Positions 1-12,627 of a stretch of DNA of 32,000 bases are shown piece after piece. Under the pieces are notes generated by a model, which saw nothing but the letters and a program-made list of their open reading frames with translations, was not told the DNA's origin and did no database searches. The translations under genes were made by a program, and so were the position numbers. The stretch spans positions 180,001 through 212,000 of the forward strand of contig NZ_CP046578.1 of NCBI RefSeq assembly GCF_013365455.1, written 5' to 3'. This DNA is from Wolbachia endosymbiont of Dirofilaria (Dirofilaria) immitis (GTDB taxonomy: Bacteria > Pseudomonadota > Alphaproteobacteria > Rickettsiales > Anaplasmataceae). The first letter of the stretch is position 1; each line of letters opens with the position of its first letter.

Positions 1-467
<467 letters not shown>

Positions 468-539
468 TTATTTGCTTTCTATATGTGTATATGCAGTGTT
501 AAATGTTAATTAAATGTTAAATTGAATTAGAAATTTTTA

Positions 540-652
540 TTGACTTGGTGGCTATGGCAAAAATGAAACACCCGATCTCATCTCGAACTCGGAAGTGAAA
601 CTTTTTAGCGCTGATGGTACTTGAAAAGGGAGAGTAGGTCGCTGCCAAGTTT
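540..652 (+). rRNA. rrf: 5S ribosomal RNA
   Basis: 'cttggtggctatggc...aaacacccgatctcatctcgaactcggaagtgaaac...gagagtaggtcgctgccaagtt': complementary termini, conserved loops, position downstream of 23S. Confidence 0.93.
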
Positions 653-692
653 ATGAAAATTTCTTTGTTAGCTATAAGTAGTAGATGTACTT

Positions 693-953
693 TTATCTTA
701 ACTTTCTTGTTTTTATGTGCCCTTGACCCTTTTTTATATCATCTAATATTGTTCCTACCTCTTCTAATTTGCTTTCTTTTAAGGGAAAATTGTTCGTTTC
801 TATTAGTGTTATATTATTTACTGCTTTTTTTAATAATTCTTCTTGCTGACGGAATGCTGACCTCCAGTCTGTTCCTGTTCCTTTAGGAAGAAATGAAGAT
901 TGGTACATTTCACCAAAATCTATGTTACTTATCTCTTTTATGTACTCTACCAT
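693..953 (-). CDS. Hypothetical protein (86 aa)
   Basis: ORF with a coding-like composition (MVEYIKEISNIDFGEMYQSSFLPKGTGTDWRSAFRQQEELLKKA...). The opposite-strand ORF 653..886 is low-complexity L/F-rich and looks like its antisense. No family recognised. Confidence 0.45.
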   Translation of the reverse strand: MVEYIKEISNIDFGEMYQSSFLPKGTGTDWRSAFRQQEELLKKAVNNITLIETNNFPLKESKLEEVGTILDDIKKGQGHIKTRKLR

Positions 954-1035
954 TTACTGTACCTATTAACTGTTTTTTAAAAATTTTACTTATATTATCG
1001 TAAATAATATAGTTGTAAATACCTGAATTGAGTTT

Positions 1036-1395
1036 TTATTTTATTTTTTTGAAGCAAAAAGTTAGATCTTTCTGTAAGTTTTTATAGCTTGCTTGCACAA
1101 TATTTCTATGAGTTATTATTATATAATAGTATCCGGTATTGCTTGCATTTAAGATGTTCATTCTAATAAGCATTCGTAATCGCCTTTTGATTTTATTTCT
1201 TTTTGTTGCTTTCCCAACTTTTTTACTGATAACTAGACCTGCCCTAATAGTATAAATGTACTTTTCTGGTTCTCTTTCTTTTATGGTGTATAGTGATATG
1301 TAGAACCCATGGTAAAAAAAGCTGCTAGGTGCCAGCTTATTTTTAAAAGCAAATGAAAAGTCTTTTTTTTTATACTTGATAGCTTCACTATGCAC
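1036..1395 (-). CDS. rnpA: Ribonuclease P protein component
   Basis: Contains '[28 protein letters not shown]', the RnpA signature; directly downstream of rpmH and overlapping it by 8 nt. Confidence 0.93.
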   Translation of the reverse strand: MHSEAIKYKKKDFSFAFKNKLAPSSFFYHGFYISLYTIKEREPEKYIYTIRAGLVISKKVGKATKRNKIKRRLRMLIRMNILNASNTGYYYIIITHRNIVQASYKNLQKDLTFCFKKIK

Positions 1396-1522
1396 ATAAT
1401 TTTTTGCATCCTAATGAGCGACGCCTATTGAGTATTTTTCTTCCAGCTTTTGTTGCTACACGTGAGCGGAAGCCATGTCTACGTTTTCTTATCAGATTTT
1501 TTGGCTGAAATGTTCTTTTCAT
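1388..1522 (-). CDS. rpmH: 50S ribosomal protein L34 (44 aa; absent from the ORF track because of size)
   Basis: Reverse-strand translation [44 protein letters not shown], the canonical L34 sequence; adjacent to rnpA. Confidence 0.97.
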   Translation of the reverse strand: MKRTFQPKNLIRKRRHGFRSRVATKAGRKILNRRRSLGCKKLCA

Positions 1523-1649
1523 TATTTTTATAAGTATACTTAATTATTTTAGTTTATTTTACTTTATTGTCAAATAGTGTTTGCATTGGTATATACTAGA
1601 TATTCTTTAAAATTGTATTACTCTTAAAGTAAGGTTCAAGTGTGAGTAG

Positions 1650-2741
1650 ATGAATTCGGTGACAATAATCCTTTTCATACCTGCACTGCTAGTCCTTTTG
1701 TTTTACTTTAGTAAGTTTCAACAAGTAGATAAAGTTAAAGCTTATTTATGTCTTAGTTGTACATGGATATTAACTTGGTTGTTAATATTTTGTAACAGTT
1801 ATTTTGTAACTTCTATCGCTATAGCGTTACTTTTTTTCATGTTTGCTTTTATCTTTAGATGCAATAAGATGATCAAGCTTTTATTGTTTATGGCTCTTAT
1901 CATATCATTTTTTATCGCTTTATTTATAATGCTGTCTATTCTTACCCAATCTGTTAATTTTTTTAGAGAAATAGCTATTTCAGAATTTTTATTTTGTTTG
2001 AAGTGGAGTCATAGTGCAGTGATTATTAATGGAGAAAAAATAGGGTGTTTCGGTATAGCCACACTTTTGGTCGGCACATTGGTTATAACTATTATAGCAA
2101 TGGTAGTTGCTGTTCCTCTTGGTTTGTTTTCTGCGGTATATATTAGTGAGTATGCAAGTGAGAAAGTGCGTTATATTGTTAATACAACTTTGCAAGTTTT
2201 ATCTGCTATTCCTACAGTTGTATATGGATATTTCTCGGTTGTATTTTTATCTTCTTCTGCGAAACAAATAGCGAGTTTTTTTGGTCTGAACATACACTCG
2301 GAGAGTGCACTAGTTGCTGGGTTATCGATAGGAGTAATGGTTCTTCCTTTTATTATTTCTTTGCTAGAAGATGCAATTAGGTCTGTTCCAAAGAGCTTGC
2401 GCTATGGCTTTATGGCATTAGGAGCTACTCCAGCAGAAACTATATGGCACGTAATAATACCTTATGCAATGCCTACAATTTTGAGTGCAATTTTGTTGTC
2501 AATTTCGAGAGTAATAGGTGAAACAATGATAGTATTGATGGCTGTTGGAATTAACTCAAACTTAACTTTTAATCCTCTTAATTCAGTTACTACTATTACT
2601 GTGCAGGTAGCTACACTACTTACTGGAGACCAGGATTTCAGTAGTGTGCAAACACTTGCTGCTTATGCGCTTAGCTTAGTACTATTTATTATTACTTGGC
2701 TATTAAATGCGTTTGCATTATTTATAATAAAACGTGATTAA
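1650..2741 (+). CDS. pstA: Phosphate ABC transporter permease PstA
   Basis: C-terminal two thirds matches PstA/PstC-type permease: 'GTLVITIIAMVVAVPLGLFSAVYISEYASEKVRYIVNTTLQVLSAIPTVVYGYF...LRYGFMALGATPAETIWHVIIPYAMPTILSAILLSISRVIGETMIVL'. Confidence 0.9.
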   Translation: MNSVTIILFIPALLVLLFYFSKFQQVDKVKAYLCLSCTWILTWLLIFCNSYFVTSIAIALLFFMFAFIFRCNKMIKLLLFMALIISFFIALFIMLSILTQSVNFFREIAISEFLFCLKWSHSAVIINGEKIGCFGIATLLVGTLVITIIAMVVAVPLGLFSAVYISEYASEKVRYIVNTTLQVLSAIPTVVYGYFSVVFLSSSAKQIASFFGLNIHSESALVAGLSIGVMVLPFIISLLEDAIRSVPKSLRYGFMALGATPAETIWHVIIPYAMPTILSAILLSISRVIGETMIVLMAVGINSNLTFNPLNSVTTITVQVATLLTGDQDFSSVQTLAAYALSLVLFIITWLLNAFALFIIKRD

Positions 2742-2822
2742 TAAATGTTTTAATGTTGCTGATTTTTTGTTAATAATATAAGATTTGTTTTTTTAGTTTA
2801 GGGATTTGTTATAATATTATAG

Positions 2823-4265
<1,443 letters not shown>

Positions 4266-4295
4266 GTTAAAGTTGGAACTAGGAAATTAGAGATT

Positions 4296-4628
4296 ATGAA
4301 TACCTTTAAAGTGCAATTTTTTTCTCCTGATAATCAAGTTTCATTTGATAAGGTGGTTTCTCTTTTGATGAATGTGCTTGATGGTGAATTGATGATTTTA
4401 GCTCACCATTCTCCTTACTTGATTTATTTGTTACCAGGTGTAGTCACTGTTAGAATAAGTAAACAGAAGGAAGAAAAAATTGTAATTGATAATGGTGTGC
4501 TGGAGGTTGTAAATAATGATTGTAGCATTATTACAAATCAAGTACAGTTTTTTAACTGTGTAGTTCATAATGAGGAGTTGTTTAGAAGTAGAAGAATAAA
4601 TATGCAGTTGAATTATTTTGATCAGTGA
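4296..4628 (+). CDS. atpC: F0F1 ATP synthase subunit epsilon (short, 110 aa)
   Basis: Immediately downstream of atpD. N-terminal beta-sandwich-like pattern: 'VQFFSPDNQVSFDKVVSLLMNVLDGELMILAHHSPYLIYLLPGVVTVRI'. Confidence 0.85.
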   Translation: MNTFKVQFFSPDNQVSFDKVVSLLMNVLDGELMILAHHSPYLIYLLPGVVTVRISKQKEEKIVIDNGVLEVVNNDCSIITNQVQFFNCVVHNEELFRSRRINMQLNYFDQ

Positions 4629-4654
4629 GTTTTTGTTATATATAATAGAATATT

Positions 4655-5296
4655 ATGGAAGTTTTTCTTGATAGTGTTGATCTAGATGAAATTAAAGAGT
4701 TAAAAGAATTTATAGATGGTATAACAACTAATCCCTCTTTAATAGCGAAGTCTGGGCGTAAAGATAAATACGAGGGTTTAATAAGTGAAATATGCTCTAT
4801 TATAAAAGGGCCTGTTAGTGTTGAAGTTGTTGCAGATACTTATAAAGAGATGGTTGAAGAAGGACTTAAATTAGCCAAAATTGCTAGTAATATTGTAGTA
4901 AAGTTGCCTCTTACGTACGAAGGATTAATTTCTTGTAAAAAGTTATGGACAGAGTATAAAATACCTGTTAATATTACTTTATGTTTTTCTCCTGGACAAG
5001 CACTGCTTGCCGCTAAGGCCGGTGCTTGTTTTGTTTCTCCTTTTGTTGGTCGTCTTGATGATATAAACTACGGTGGTTTGTTGTTGATAAAAGATATATG
5101 TGCTATATACTCTAATTATGGTTTTGATACTAAAGTTCTTGCTGCATCAGTAAGAAACCCGGCGCATGTGATAGAAGCTGCAAAACTTGGTGCTGATTCA
5201 ATTACTATACCAGCGAAAGTGTTTAAGCAGTTGCTTAGCCACCCGCTTACTGATCAGGGACTTGCAATATTTAGAGAAGATTGGAGTGTAAAATAA
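4655..5296 (+). CDS. fsa: Transaldolase / fructose-6-phosphate aldolase family protein
   Basis: '[16 protein letters not shown]...[14 protein letters not shown]...[10 protein letters not shown]...[31 protein letters not shown]' typical of the FSA/TalC family. Confidence 0.92.
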   Translation: MEVFLDSVDLDEIKELKEFIDGITTNPSLIAKSGRKDKYEGLISEICSIIKGPVSVEVVADTYKEMVEEGLKLAKIASNIVVKLPLTYEGLISCKKLWTEYKIPVNITLCFSPGQALLAAKAGACFVSPFVGRLDDINYGGLLLIKDICAIYSNYGFDTKVLAASVRNPAHVIEAAKLGADSITIPAKVFKQLLSHPLTDQGLAIFREDWSVK

Positions 5297-6146
5297 TGAG
5301 TAATTATAGAAATTTGCTAAAAGGCGTGAAAAGTCTATAGTAGCCTTAGCTATTTTATGATTTAATGTTAAAAATAAAGTTGTTGTCTAATTTGCGCTAA
5401 GCATATCGTTATGCTTAATTCAAGATTGTGTAAACATGGTGAACCTTCTATAGAAAAGAGTCAGTGAAAGTGTAATACACGGAACAAAAATATACATGTA
5501 CTTAAGTATACTAAAGGGGATGCATCACACTATGCTTTGTACTGAATAAGGCTTGCAAACGAGGGTAAATTTGAGGTTCTTGAATGTCTTTGCTGCTGGT
5601 AGAGTGGAGGTATAAGAATATATCAAGATTTTTTTTTGATCTATGACCCTTATCTTCATATCTTTTTAAAAAGCTAGAATCTAGAAAAAAGAAATATGAA
5701 GTAGTTAAGCTACTTCAATAAGAGTTTTTAAGAAGAAAGTGACTTCTGTTTGAAGCTTTTTTATAGAATATGAAAATACTTAAGAACTTGGGCTGTCTGA
5801 TTTGATGGTAGAATTATACTTTTTATTAAAGTTAGAAAATGTTTTGTCCTTAAGTAAATATCTGCTTTTTTATACTATTTGCTTATGCTTGATTAGAAGA
5901 AAAATTAGACCTATATGCTTTGATAGGTTACTCTTAATATTTATAATGTTTTCTTACTATCAAAGCTGATATACTGCAATTATATAAAAGTTTATTTTTT
6001 TAATCTGTTTTTTATAATATCGAGGAAGGGAAATTTGCTAAGGTTACAAAAGAATGTTAACCCTATACAATTTGAAAAATTGTATCTTCTATGTGAGTTG
6101 ATTTTGTTAACAAAGCTAACTAATATCTAAATAAGTTATTACTTAA

Positions 6147-7175
6147 ATGGGAAGCATAGAAACTGACATAGTAGTAATAGGTGCTGGACCTATTGGAATA
6201 TTTACTGCTTTTCAAGCAGGGATGCTAGATATGAAATGTCATATAGTGGATATTTTAAATCAAGTAGGAGGGCAGTGTGCTGCCCTTTACCCAGAAAAAT
6301 CAATATATGATATACCAGGATATCCTGTCATTACTGCACAAAGGTTAATTGAACAATTAACAGAACAAGCCATGCCATTTAGGCCTGTTTACCACTTGAG
6401 TCAAATGGTAGAGAAAATTTCGAGTAATGACAATCGAAGTTTTACTGTAGTAACAAGTATAGGTACAGAGGTAAGATGTAAAGCTATTATTATTGCTGCA
6501 GGTAATGGAATGTTTGAGCCCAACCGCCCACCCCTTAGTGGTATATTAGAATATGAAAATAAGTCTGTGTTTTATAGTGTAAATAAAATTTCTGATTTTC
6601 AAGATAAAACTATAGTTATTGCAGGAGGAGGAAATTCTGCAGCTGATTGGACCATAGAACTCTCTAAAGTTGCAAAGAAAATTTATGTGATACATCGAAG
6701 AAGAGAATTTCGTTGCACTCCTGAAACTAGAAATGAGTTAGACCTACTTAGAAGCAATGGGAAGATAGAACTTGTAACGCCATATCAATTATATGAACTG
6801 GCTGGGAATAATGGACAATTGAGTGCAGTGATAGTAAAAGATATTACCTCTAATGAGAAAAGAGAAATATATGCTGATTTTTTACTACCATTTTTTGGCT
6901 TGTCAATAAATTTGGGTCCAATAAATAATTGGGGTTTAGAGTTGGAACATAGCCGTATAGTTGTTGATCAGACTACACTTAAAACTAATAGGGATAGGAT
7001 ATATGCGGTCGGAGATATAGCTACTTATTCAGGTAAGCTGAAGCTGATACTGAATGGTTTTGCCGAGAGTACTATGGCTTGCTACGACATATACAAAGTG
7101 ATCCATAATTCTCCAATTAATTTTCAATATTCAACTTTAAAGGGGATTCGTGGAAGAAAAAGTAATTTACTTTAA
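6147..7175 (+). CDS. Ferredoxin--NADP(+) reductase / thioredoxin reductase-like flavoprotein (YumC type)
   Basis: Two dinucleotide-binding motifs (GAGPIGIFTAFQAGM; IAGGGNSAADWTIEL), 'ALYPEKSIYDIPGYP', C-terminal 'YAVGDIATYSGKLKLILNGFAEST'. Confidence 0.93.
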   Translation: MGSIETDIVVIGAGPIGIFTAFQAGMLDMKCHIVDILNQVGGQCAALYPEKSIYDIPGYPVITAQRLIEQLTEQAMPFRPVYHLSQMVEKISSNDNRSFTVVTSIGTEVRCKAIIIAAGNGMFEPNRPPLSGILEYENKSVFYSVNKISDFQDKTIVIAGGGNSAADWTIELSKVAKKIYVIHRRREFRCTPETRNELDLLRSNGKIELVTPYQLYELAGNNGQLSAVIVKDITSNEKREIYADFLLPFFGLSINLGPINNWGLELEHSRIVVDQTTLKTNRDRIYAVGDIATYSGKLKLILNGFAESTMACYDIYKVIHNSPINFQYSTLKGIRGRKSNLL

Positions 7176-7215
7176 GTCAAACTGCTATATAGTAACTTTA
7201 TAACTTTAGTTTTAT

Positions 7216-8412
7216 ATGGATATACCTAGCATAGAAAGTTGTAATTTTCAAGATAAGACTGTCTTGCTCAGAGTTGATTTCAATGTCTCTACGAAAAATG
7301 GAAAAGTTTATGATATTACTCGTATTTTGAGAACACTTCCTACTATTCAGTACTTAATAAATGCAGGTGCAAAAATTATTATTATATCCCACTTTGGGCA
7401 TCCAAAAGCCAAAAACAGTAATCTATCGCTAAGAAACATGGTTGAAGTTTTATCACAGTTATTGAAAAAAGAGGTAAAATTTATTGGTAATTGTATTGGT
7501 CAGAGAGTACAGAGAGCAATAAGTTTGATGGATAGAGGAGATGTAATATTGCTGGAAAATCTAAGGTTTTATAGAGGAGAAGAGCGGAATGACTTAAATT
7601 TTGCTAAACAGTTAGCATCTCTAGCGGATATATATGTAAATGATGCATTTTCTTGTTCTCACAGGGCTCATGCTTCTATTTTATGTATTACAGAATTTTT
7701 GCCTTCCTATGCAGGATTTTGTTTTCAAGATGAGCTAAAACATCTTGAAAGAGATGTATTATTTAATGCTAAACCTATTACTGTGATAATTGGGGGAGCT
7801 AAAGTATCAACTAAGATAAAAACGCTTATAAAATTAGCAGAAAAGGTTGATTACCTAATTCTTGGTGGTGCAATTGCTAATAATTTTTTGTTATTTAATG
7901 GAGTGAATGTCGGTAAGTCTTTTTTTCAAAATAATGTTAGTGATCTTCTGTGTGATATTGTTGATACGGCAAATAAAAACAATTGCAAAATAATTGTGCC
8001 TGGGGATGTTCTAGTTGCAATAAACTCTGATTACAGCAATTGCATTTTAAGGAAGACTGAATCCATTTTGGATGATGATATAATTTTAGATATCGGGCCT
8101 CAAACTTTAAGCACAGTAAGCAATATAATAGCAAGCAGTAAGACTCTCCTGTGGAGTGGGCCTATTGGTGTTTTTGAGTATTCAGCTTTTGCGAATGGTA
8201 CAATAGAAGTAATGAGAGTAGTGAGTAATTTGACACGCGAGGGGAAATTAATTAGTATAATAGGGGGAGGTGATAGCCTGTCTGCAATAAATGCTGCGGG
8301 TCTTACTGATAAAAATTTTACATATGTCTCGACCGGTGGAGGGGCGTTTTTAAGTTGGCTAAGTGGTGATGAGATGCCGGGAGTTGCTGCACTGCAGTTA
8401 GCATCAGGTTAA
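7216..8412 (+). CDS. pgk: Phosphoglycerate kinase
   Basis: 'VLLRVDFNVS', 'HFGHPK', 'ENLRFYRGEERND', 'YVNDAFSCSHRAHAS', 'VIIGGAKVSTKI', 'LLWSGPIGVFE', 'STGGGAFLSWLSG'. Confidence 0.97.
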   Translation: MDIPSIESCNFQDKTVLLRVDFNVSTKNGKVYDITRILRTLPTIQYLINAGAKIIIISHFGHPKAKNSNLSLRNMVEVLSQLLKKEVKFIGNCIGQRVQRAISLMDRGDVILLENLRFYRGEERNDLNFAKQLASLADIYVNDAFSCSHRAHASILCITEFLPSYAGFCFQDELKHLERDVLFNAKPITVIIGGAKVSTKIKTLIKLAEKVDYLILGGAIANNFLLFNGVNVGKSFFQNNVSDLLCDIVDTANKNNCKIIVPGDVLVAINSDYSNCILRKTESILDDDIILDIGPQTLSTVSNIIASSKTLLWSGPIGVFEYSAFANGTIEVMRVVSNLTREGKLISIIGGGDSLSAINAAGLTDKNFTYVSTGGGAFLSWLSGDEMPGVAALQLASG

Positions 8413-10069
8413 AGCTTTTTAAAATTGTTGCTTATATTTTAGTTTTTTGTGGAGTTGTATTATAATAAAGAAGGACAGCTAAGTTGATCTTGTACTTTAA
8501 TGCTAGTATAGTAATATTTGTTTTTTCATTTTTAAGAATTATTATCCAGTGATGCAAGTGAACAAATTAGCTTTGAGAAATTCTTTAAAGAGTTAACTAC
8601 TCGTTTTGATAGAGGCTAGTAAGTGAAGAGTAAGCTATGATTAAGAAGATTTTCAGAGCTTTTCTTGAGTCCGAGTATCACAGAGAGGTAGTAAAAAAAG
8701 AGGATATATGGATATATGGATGTAGGACTTGACCATATTTTTTATAGTAAGCCAGATGGTAAACTGGTAAGTATGTTGACTTTTAAAAAGGTTAAATAAG
8801 TTTTGTTTGTTTCTATAAGGATAATTTTAAGGATTTGAAAAAAAAGAATTCACCTTCCTTAAGGAATTTACTGTTTTAAAGTTTGCATCAAATTTAGATT
8901 ATGGTGTAGAGAAAACGAGAAAGTATCGATGGTGTAGTGCTAGTATCTACACTCTGATGTTGAAAGCAAAGGAGGTGTGTTCTTTTTTATAAGAATAAGA
9001 GATGCGAGTGAAACTTGTTAGTAAAAATAGCAGTATTACTCTAGTGGTTCTATTAGAAAAATGATCATTACATGCATAATGTATGTTATACCAAGATTTT
9101 GATAGATATAATATGTTGAAGAGTCATAAAAACTAGATAATTGTTCTATGAGCGTGTGAGTTGTAAGCATGACTAACCCTCCCTTAAGAACAGGTGTGAA
9201 GTCCTACTAAAAACCAGTTTTATACCTTATAAGGCACTTTGAAGCAGAAAAGGTTACAGTAATATTTTAGATCATGCCTTGGGTTAAAACTATAATGTGA
9301 ACTTGGTTGTTAGAGTTGTGCAATGTTTAGTCTTTTTCATATATAAGTTGTTTTACTGGAAATTATTAAAGAAAAATAGCATTGTAGACTGTATGTAGGG
9401 AATAGGCTAATCTTTATAGCTGCAGAGCAAAAAATAATTTTGATTTTATATGAGATGAGCTGTAGAAGTAAAGATATTTAAGAGTTTTTTATAAAAAAAT
9501 TGAGAAGGCGTTACTTCTTAGAGTTAAAGTAGGAAGGAAGGTGCTCTTACCTGAACTTTGAAGCAAGTGTAGCAGTAATTATATTTTTGGTCGATTCTTA
9601 TCGAAAAATAAGATGATTGAATCAAGTTTACAACTGCTGTTTTTGTAAAACAGCAGATTGCAAGTATTTATTATCTCTTGCGAAATGAGAAAATAGCGTT
9701 TCCCTTAATTATATTGTTTGCTATGTTGATGTTTAAGGTTAAGCTTATTACGGTTCTTATCTAAATAGAGTATAAGGTCTTATGCATCTACAAAATTAGA
9801 TGTCTTAAAAATGAAATATCATCTTTAAAGTTTACAAAGCTTTAAAAAGATTATAGAGGTTTTAGGTTTAAGTAGGAAATTTTATTTGATTCCTAAAAAT
9901 TTTGAAAAGCGATGGTGTCAAGAACTTAAGAGTGCTTGGAGATGAGAAATTTATACTTAATGTAGGACAGTAAATGTCCCAGACTACTTTATATGAAGTT
10001 ATACTAAATATTTAGAGAAGGCAAAGGAGGAGGTTATTATGGTGATCAACTCAACTAATTGATGACAGC

Positions 10070-10486
10070 TTATTGAACAGTAATAGTGAGGTATAACAAG
10101 TAGAGAAAATTGGATATGATAGTTAGCAAAGTAAAGGAACTAAAGTTTAATTTAAAATAACCTGATAAAACTTGAATTGCACTCCCAAGTGCCGATACCC
10201 ATGAGAGCAATGTAACTGCACAGATCAGTAAATTTCTTAAGATTTTTGGGATTATGTACTCATTTTCTAATTTATAGTATGCTTTTCTAGCAAAGATTGT
10301 TATCTTACCCAAGTGCCAGTTGACTATTCCACCAATGCTTGAGCCTAATACTCCAAAAAGTAACATAAGTAGTGGGTTATAATGTGACCTAAAGTATAGC
10401 ATAGTATAAAATACAAAACCTTGGTATACAGGTAAAATTAATGACGATACTAGATTATCCGTGAATAATAGAAGATAATTTTCCAT
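10070..10486 (-). CDS. Small integral membrane protein, YqaA/SNARE-associated (DedA-like) family
   Basis: 138-aa hydrophobic ORF with 'LLFGVLGSSIGGIVNWHLGK', resembling YqaA-type proteins; same strand as cysS, 6 nt away. Confidence 0.7.
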   Translation of the reverse strand: MENYLLLFTDNLVSSLILPVYQGFVFYTMLYFRSHYNPLLMLLFGVLGSSIGGIVNWHLGKITIFARKAYYKLENEYIIPKILRNLLICAVTLLSWVSALGSAIQVLSGYFKLNFSSFTLLTIISNFLYLLYLTITVQ

Positions 10487-10492
10487 ATGAAT

Positions 10493-11866
10493 TCACCAGG
10501 TTGTAGTACCATCTTCGTTGTCGGAAATTGTAACCTTCATTTTTTTTAACTTGTCTCTTATTCTGTCTGCAGTGTCATAATCTTTATTTTTTTTTGCTGC
10601 TTTTCTTAAATTTATTAATCTTTCTATTTCTTGGTGGTCTATGCATGCGGTAAACCACTCTTGATAGCTTGACTCAAGAAGACCAATAAATCGTGCGCTC
10701 TTAACAAAACTTTCGATTAATTTAAGTTTTTTATGTTCATTGTTCATTTTGTTGATTTTTGTAGCCATTTCATGTAATATGACTAAAGCTTCAGGGATAT
10801 TTAGGTCATTTTTCAAAGCCTCTATAAAGTCTTTATACACTTCTGCATCGCTTTTCTCGATGCTTGCTACATTTATGTTACGTAATAATCGATAAAACTT
10901 GTTTAAGGTTTCTTGTGACTCCCAAATAACACCTCCTGTCCAATCAAGTGGTTTTCTGTAATGAGTTTTGAACAGTGCATAACGTATTACTTCGCCCTTT
11001 ATTCCACTGTCAAGCAAATCTCTTACTTTGATTATGTTAAGTAAAGACTTGCTCATTTTTTCTTCTTCTACCGTCAGAAAACCGTTGTGTACCCAATGTC
11101 TTGCGAACATTGACCCAGTAAATGCAGATTTGCTTTGCGCAATTTCATTCTCATGATGGGGAAATTGCAAATCTATACCACCGCCATGGATGTCAAAATC
11201 TCTTCCAAGGTATGCATATGCCATTGCTGAACATTCTATATGCCATCCAGGTCTTCCTTCTCCCCATGGGCTACTCCAGTGACTTGAAAGCTTATAGTCA
11301 ATATCGTTTGCTGGTTTCCACAGCACGAAATCTCCTGGGTGTTTTTTGTTCTTGCCAACTTTTACTCTATTGCCATGATCTAGTTTATCAATTTTTTTCC
11401 CTGATAAAGCACCGTACTCGGGGTAAGATTCAATGCTGAAATATACATGTTTATTGGATTCATAGGCATGGTTAGATAATAGTAAATGTTCAATTAATTT
11501 AATGATGCAACCTATATTTTCCGTTGCTTTTGGCTCATGTGTTGGTTCTACACAGTTTAGACTTTTCATATCTTCATGAAAAGATTTGGTGTAGTATGTG
11601 GTTATGCTTTTTATGCTGCTGTTTTTCTCACTTGCTGTATTGATTATCTTGTCATCAATATCGGTGATGTTACGCACATAAGTAACTTTGCTGTAATAAG
11701 ATTTAAGCAACTGAAATAATACATCGTAAACAACAACAGAGCGTGCATTACCTATATGTGCCATATCATATACGGTTGGTCCACAAACATACATTTTTAC
11801 ATGGCTTTTGTCGATCGGTGTAAAGAACTCCTTTTTTTTTGTTAAAGTGTTATAAAGTTTAACCAT
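10493..11866 (-). CDS. cysS: Cysteinyl-tRNA synthetase
   Basis: '[29 protein letters not shown]', '[18 protein letters not shown]', '[21 protein letters not shown]', KMSKS. Confidence 0.97.
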   Translation of the reverse strand: MVKLYNTLTKKKEFFTPIDKSHVKMYVCGPTVYDMAHIGNARSVVVYDVLFQLLKSYYSKVTYVRNITDIDDKIINTASEKNSSIKSITTYYTKSFHEDMKSLNCVEPTHEPKATENIGCIIKLIEHLLLSNHAYESNKHVYFSIESYPEYGALSGKKIDKLDHGNRVKVGKNKKHPGDFVLWKPANDIDYKLSSHWSSPWGEGRPGWHIECSAMAYAYLGRDFDIHGGGIDLQFPHHENEIAQSKSAFTGSMFARHWVHNGFLTVEEEKMSKSLLNIIKVRDLLDSGIKGEVIRYALFKTHYRKPLDWTGGVIWESQETLNKFYRLLRNINVASIEKSDAEVYKDFIEALKNDLNIPEALVILHEMATKINKMNNEHKKLKLIESFVKSARFIGLLESSYQEWFTACIDHQEIERLINLRKAAKKNKDYDTADRIRDKLKKMKVTISDNEDGTTTW

Positions 11867-12518
11867 GTATAAAGCTTTTTAGAAAAGAAAATGCTCCAAT
11901 TATGAGCTGTGGTCCTTCAACTATTACAACAAGAGTAAGTAATAAGCCGCATAAAGATATTAGGACCCCTAGTGTAGAAAGAAGTCCGTCCTTGCTCATA
12001 ATGCCAAGTGAAATAAGAGTTGTGCCAATTGCAGGAATAAAATTGGTTAAGGGTAGTGGAATGGCTATCGATAGTGCACAGAGCAACATTATAAAAGCTA
12101 AAATTTTCTCGCCAGGTCCATAGAAAATGAAAGGTATTCTTGGTTTCATGAATTTTTCTATTTTTTTTAATGCAGGTGAGGTTCTCTTTACCACAAAAGC
12201 TAATGTTGAGAATTGGAAGGATTTCCTTTCTAGCCAATGCGGCATCCAGGGAGAATGAAACCCAAATAGAAGCTGCAGTGAAAATAAGATTAAAGGTATG
12301 GAAAGTATAGTTGTGTAACCAGGTGGAACAGGTATAGGTACTGACAGTGGTAAGGAGAAAATAATTATTAAAATACCAAAACCGCGCTCTTGTAGAGCTA
12401 TTTTAATATCAAATAATGTCACTTTGTCACTGTTAACAGTATTGATGTCTACAACCTCTTTTAGGATATCGGAAACCAATTTTTTATTTTTAGTTAGTCT
12501 CTCACTTTTTTTGCACAT
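11859..12518 (-). CDS. Exopolysaccharide synthesis ExoD-like membrane protein, copy 1
   Basis: ExoD family pattern: 'RGFGILIIIFSLPLSVPIPVPPGYTTILSIPLILFSLQLLFGFHSPWMPHWL...'. Overlaps the cysS start by 8 nt. Confidence 0.85.
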   Translation of the reverse strand: MCKKSERLTKNKKLVSDILKEVVDINTVNSDKVTLFDIKIALQERGFGILIIIFSLPLSVPIPVPPGYTTILSIPLILFSLQLLFGFHSPWMPHWLERKSFQFSTLAFVVKRTSPALKKIEKFMKPRIPFIFYGPGEKILAFIMLLCALSIAIPLPLTNFIPAIGTTLISLGIMSKDGLLSTLGVLISLCGLLLTLVVIVEGPQLIIGAFSFLKSFIHG

Positions 12519-12627
12519 TTATCCTTGGATAAAATTATTCCTTTTAGCTAGCATAATTATTGTTATATTTCAACATTCATTCTTCATTTGCATTAGGGAT
12601 TTATCTTAGCATAAGATGTTATAAAGC

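Noticed and set aside
653-886. 77-aa plus-strand ORF after 5S
   Set aside because: Low-complexity L/F-rich translation, antisense to the better minus-strand ORF 693..953.
11122-11439. 105-aa plus-strand ORF
   Set aside because: Antisense to the highly conserved core of cysS; no protein-like features.
11902-12123. Plus-strand ORFs 11902..12123 and 12692..12892
   Set aside because: Exact antisense of the two exoD-like genes. They resemble each other only because the sense genes are duplicates.
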